Program-made: the position numbers and the translations under genes | Assembly (NCBI GenBank): GCA_964016885.1 | Contig: OZ024745.1 | Location: 93,992,001 to 94,056,000 of the forward strand | Direction of reading: 5' to 3' | Origin: Eledone cirrhosa | Lineage: Eukaryota | Length of the DNA stretch: 64,000 bases | The notes under the pieces: model-generated | Seen by the model: the letters and a program-made list of their open reading frames with translations, nothing else | Databases searched by the model: none | What the model was told of the DNA's origin: nothing | Part shown: piece after piece, positions 61,328 to 64,000 of the stretch | How positions within the stretch are numbered: position 1 is the first letter of the stretch | Layout of the letters: the number at the start of each line of letters is the position of its first letter

Positions 61328-61825
61328 TTAAATAAGAAACCATTATTGTATTTAGTTTCGCTTGTTTGTTATAGTTTGATCTGTTGCTGAAGTCAACTTT
61401 CTTTTGATCTTTGGAATTTAACAAAATCTTATCATACTTTTCTACTTGTACTTATTTGACTTTGATTTTAAGAAGAAATCACTATTACCATTGTAACATT
61501 AGTAGTCTCAATAAAAGTATCAATGCCAGCAGCAGTAAAATTAGTGTAAATTTGCACAGCTAGTAAGATGTTTAAGTTTTTTTTTAACTGTATCTTATTT
61601 TCTTTATATAAATTATTGGTCAAATATTGTTATTGAACCATATTTTAAACTTTTCTTCTTCTTCTTCACCCATTTATTCCTGGGAAGGTCGTGGGAATTT
61701 TTGTCATCAATTTTTCCATGCTTCCCAGGAAGGTTGCAGGTCAATCGCCATATTTTAAAGCCTGTAATTAAATATTAAATTCCAGTTTCCTTATGTTGTC
61801 TTTTATGAAAAACATTAAGGCTTAA

Positions 61826-62043
61826 CCCTTTCGCATTCACATTACTCTATATATACTATTATATTTTCATGGTAAATGCTTTACCACGCATAATTATCTT
61901 ACATAATATCGAATCTGAGATTTTGAAAGTATTTCTTTTGAGAACAATACCTTAACATCAGTATGAGTGGCCAGTTACAGCCAGTTTCAACAGAAAGAGG
62001 TAGAGAATTCTGGCCGGTTTTGGCCGGTTTGAACACTAAAGGG
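61826..62043 (-). mobile_element. piggyBac-type MITE
   Basis: TTAA|CCCTTTCGCA..CACTAAAGGG. Confidence 0.85.
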
Positions 62044-62429
62044 TTTAATTATGTTTATTAATGACAAAATAGATGTTTACAGGTTCCCGGGATAATTTAG
62101 ATTACCACATGTTAAAGTATCTAAATATGGTTCCTTTTCTATTATATATTCAATGTTGTTTAAAATTACTAACAAGGTATATTTGAGTACAAAACTAAAA
62201 ATAATCAACAATTGGAAAACTGAAAACCCCCAAAGTGGATCTGCCTTTCTAAATAGCACATTGTTGAAGTGACCATGACAATAGCATTAACCCTTTATTT
62301 AACAAACTGACCAAAACCAGCTCCAATTCTATGAAATAAAAACACCCATTTTAAAGGTTTTCAATTTAAATTAAAATCTTCCAACATAATTTTATATAAG
62401 AACCTTGCATATTAAGTTACTATCTTAGT

Positions 62430-64000
62430 ATGGGCCTTGCAACACAGATAGTTCACTTGGACCCAGGGGGTCGACTGGTGGTGCTGGACCTTGGCAGTGG
62501 TGAAGGTAGAGCCTTTAGGCTGATAGCCGCATATGCCCCTTTTCGGACAGAGCGGCCCGACTTTTTCCAGCGTCTGGAGTCTTTTCTAGGGACGTCCCGT
62601 TCCCTGCTTTTAGTGGGGGATTGGAATGGTATCCTGGATGCACGTTGGGACTATGCAGGGGCATGTCCCGATAGAGAGGGGTGCAACAGCCTCAAGGGGT
62701 TACTCGGCCGATTTGACCTGGCCGATAGATTTCGACTAGATTTTCCGACGGTGCCAACCTGGTCTTGGTCAAATCGCAGCGGATCATCTAGATCGTACCT
62801 AGATAGATTTTTAGTTAGAAATAAGGACAGGGACTTTTTAAGTTGTCCAGAAATGCTCATGGTTGGCTATTCAGACCACAAGTTGGTGACCTGCATGGTC
62901 AACCTTGATAGAACGCATAGACAGGGCCCCGGTTACTGGAAGCTCAACTTGTCCTTGCCGGCAAGTAGAGCCTACAGGAATCGGATTAGTACGTTAGTTA
63001 AGGAACGGTTGACTGGAGCGATCGTCAACAGCAGGTGGTGGGTATCTCTAAAGAGAGAGATTAGAGTAGTCTCGATTGAATTTAGTAAGGTTCTAGCTGC
63101 GGATAGGAAGGAAAGGGAGCTAATAGATAGAGTAGAAGAGGCAATTAGAAGCGGCGACGTGGCCAGAGTGCTAGCGTCGAGAACGGCTTTGAGCCAGTTT
63201 TTCGACGCGAAGCACGAAGGCTGCGTTGTCCGAAGTAAAATACGTGCTCTAGGGAATGAGGGGGCCAAAGCTGTTAGCTGGGCCCGCGTGACAGAGGCCA
63301 ACAGTGGAACTAAATCCACCATCCGGTCTTTGCGAGACCTGGATGGACGGGCGATTCTTGAGCCTAAGCAGATGTGTGAGGCCTTTCAAAGGCACTTTGC
63401 CCGACTGTTCGGGAGGGGCGGGGAGCCGGTTGGGAACGTGGACTTCGGTCCATACCTCGACGGCCTGCTGCGCCTCTCGGACAGGGAGGCGAAGTCCTGC
63501 GAGGAACCGATTTCGGCCGCTGAGATAGAGGACGTGCTGAGCCAATGCGGCAAACGCAAATCCCCGGGTCTCGATGGTCTTCCTTACGAATTATATCTAG
63601 CTATGCCGGACTTGTTCCCCGATCTCCTCGAGGCGGTCTACTGCAACTGGCAACAGAACGGGAGAATTCCCTGTACTGTGACCAAGAGCGTAGTCACGCT
63701 AGTGAGGAAGGACGAGAACAAGGGGGACGAAATAAGTAACTTCAGGCCCTTATACAGAGTTACAGATTTTGGCCAAGGTGCTAGCAAAGAGGTTGGCGCT
63801 TGTCGTGGGCAACCTGGCGGGAGATGCGCAGACATGCGCTATCCCGTCCAGGTCCATCCATGACAACCTCCACCTCATGCGATACATCATAGAGAGGGTT
63901 GGGAACGAACCCGGCTTTGGTGGGGCTCTGATCAACTTGGATCAATCTAAGGCGTTCGATAGGGTCGACCATGGTTACCTGGATGCGGTGCTAGCGGCGG
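62430..64000 (+). mobile_element. L1/Tx1-clade LINE ORF2 (APE + start of RT); 5'-truncated, frameshifted near 63750, runs off the window
   Basis: GRLVVLDL, AAYAP, VGDWN, SYLDRFLV, SDHKLV, GPGYWKLN, KSPGLDGLPYELY, NFRPL. In a shifted frame: ILAKVLAKRL..QTCAIPSRSIHDNL..LDQSKAFDRVDHGYL. Confidence 0.93.

Noticed and set aside
50772-64000. Reverse transcriptases as a bacterial retron, DGR or defence system
   Set aside because: All RTs are fused to APE endonucleases with LINE architecture; these are ordinary eukaryotic non-LTR elements.

Overview
AT-rich, repeat-dense eukaryotic DNA. The SINE, RTE-LINE and microsatellite content looks like an octopod cephalopod, which is an inference and not a database result. 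The only convincing host coding sequence is a 143-codon exon at 10437-10864 (+). By eye it aligns with the N-terminal pore-forming domain of gasdermin E/pejvakin and ends at a phase-2 donor inside an Arg codon. No convincing next exon was found in the remaining ~53 kb. IRF/ISRE-type motifs flank it, and minus-strand splice signals suggest a divergent transcript. The rest of the window is transposons and tandem repeats: an intact 1039-aa RTE LINE (APE + RT + PHD-like finger) at the core of a five-layer nested insertion (50332-60190), a ~9.9-kb 36-bp satellite that may have grown out of a SINE, hAT, piggyBac, Merlin-like and Tc1-like MITEs, Helitrons, Gypsy, CRE, Penelope-like and L1/Tx1 remnants. 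Coordinates were read by eye, so degenerate boundaries are approximate. No CRISPR, rRNA or bona fide tRNA genes were seen.
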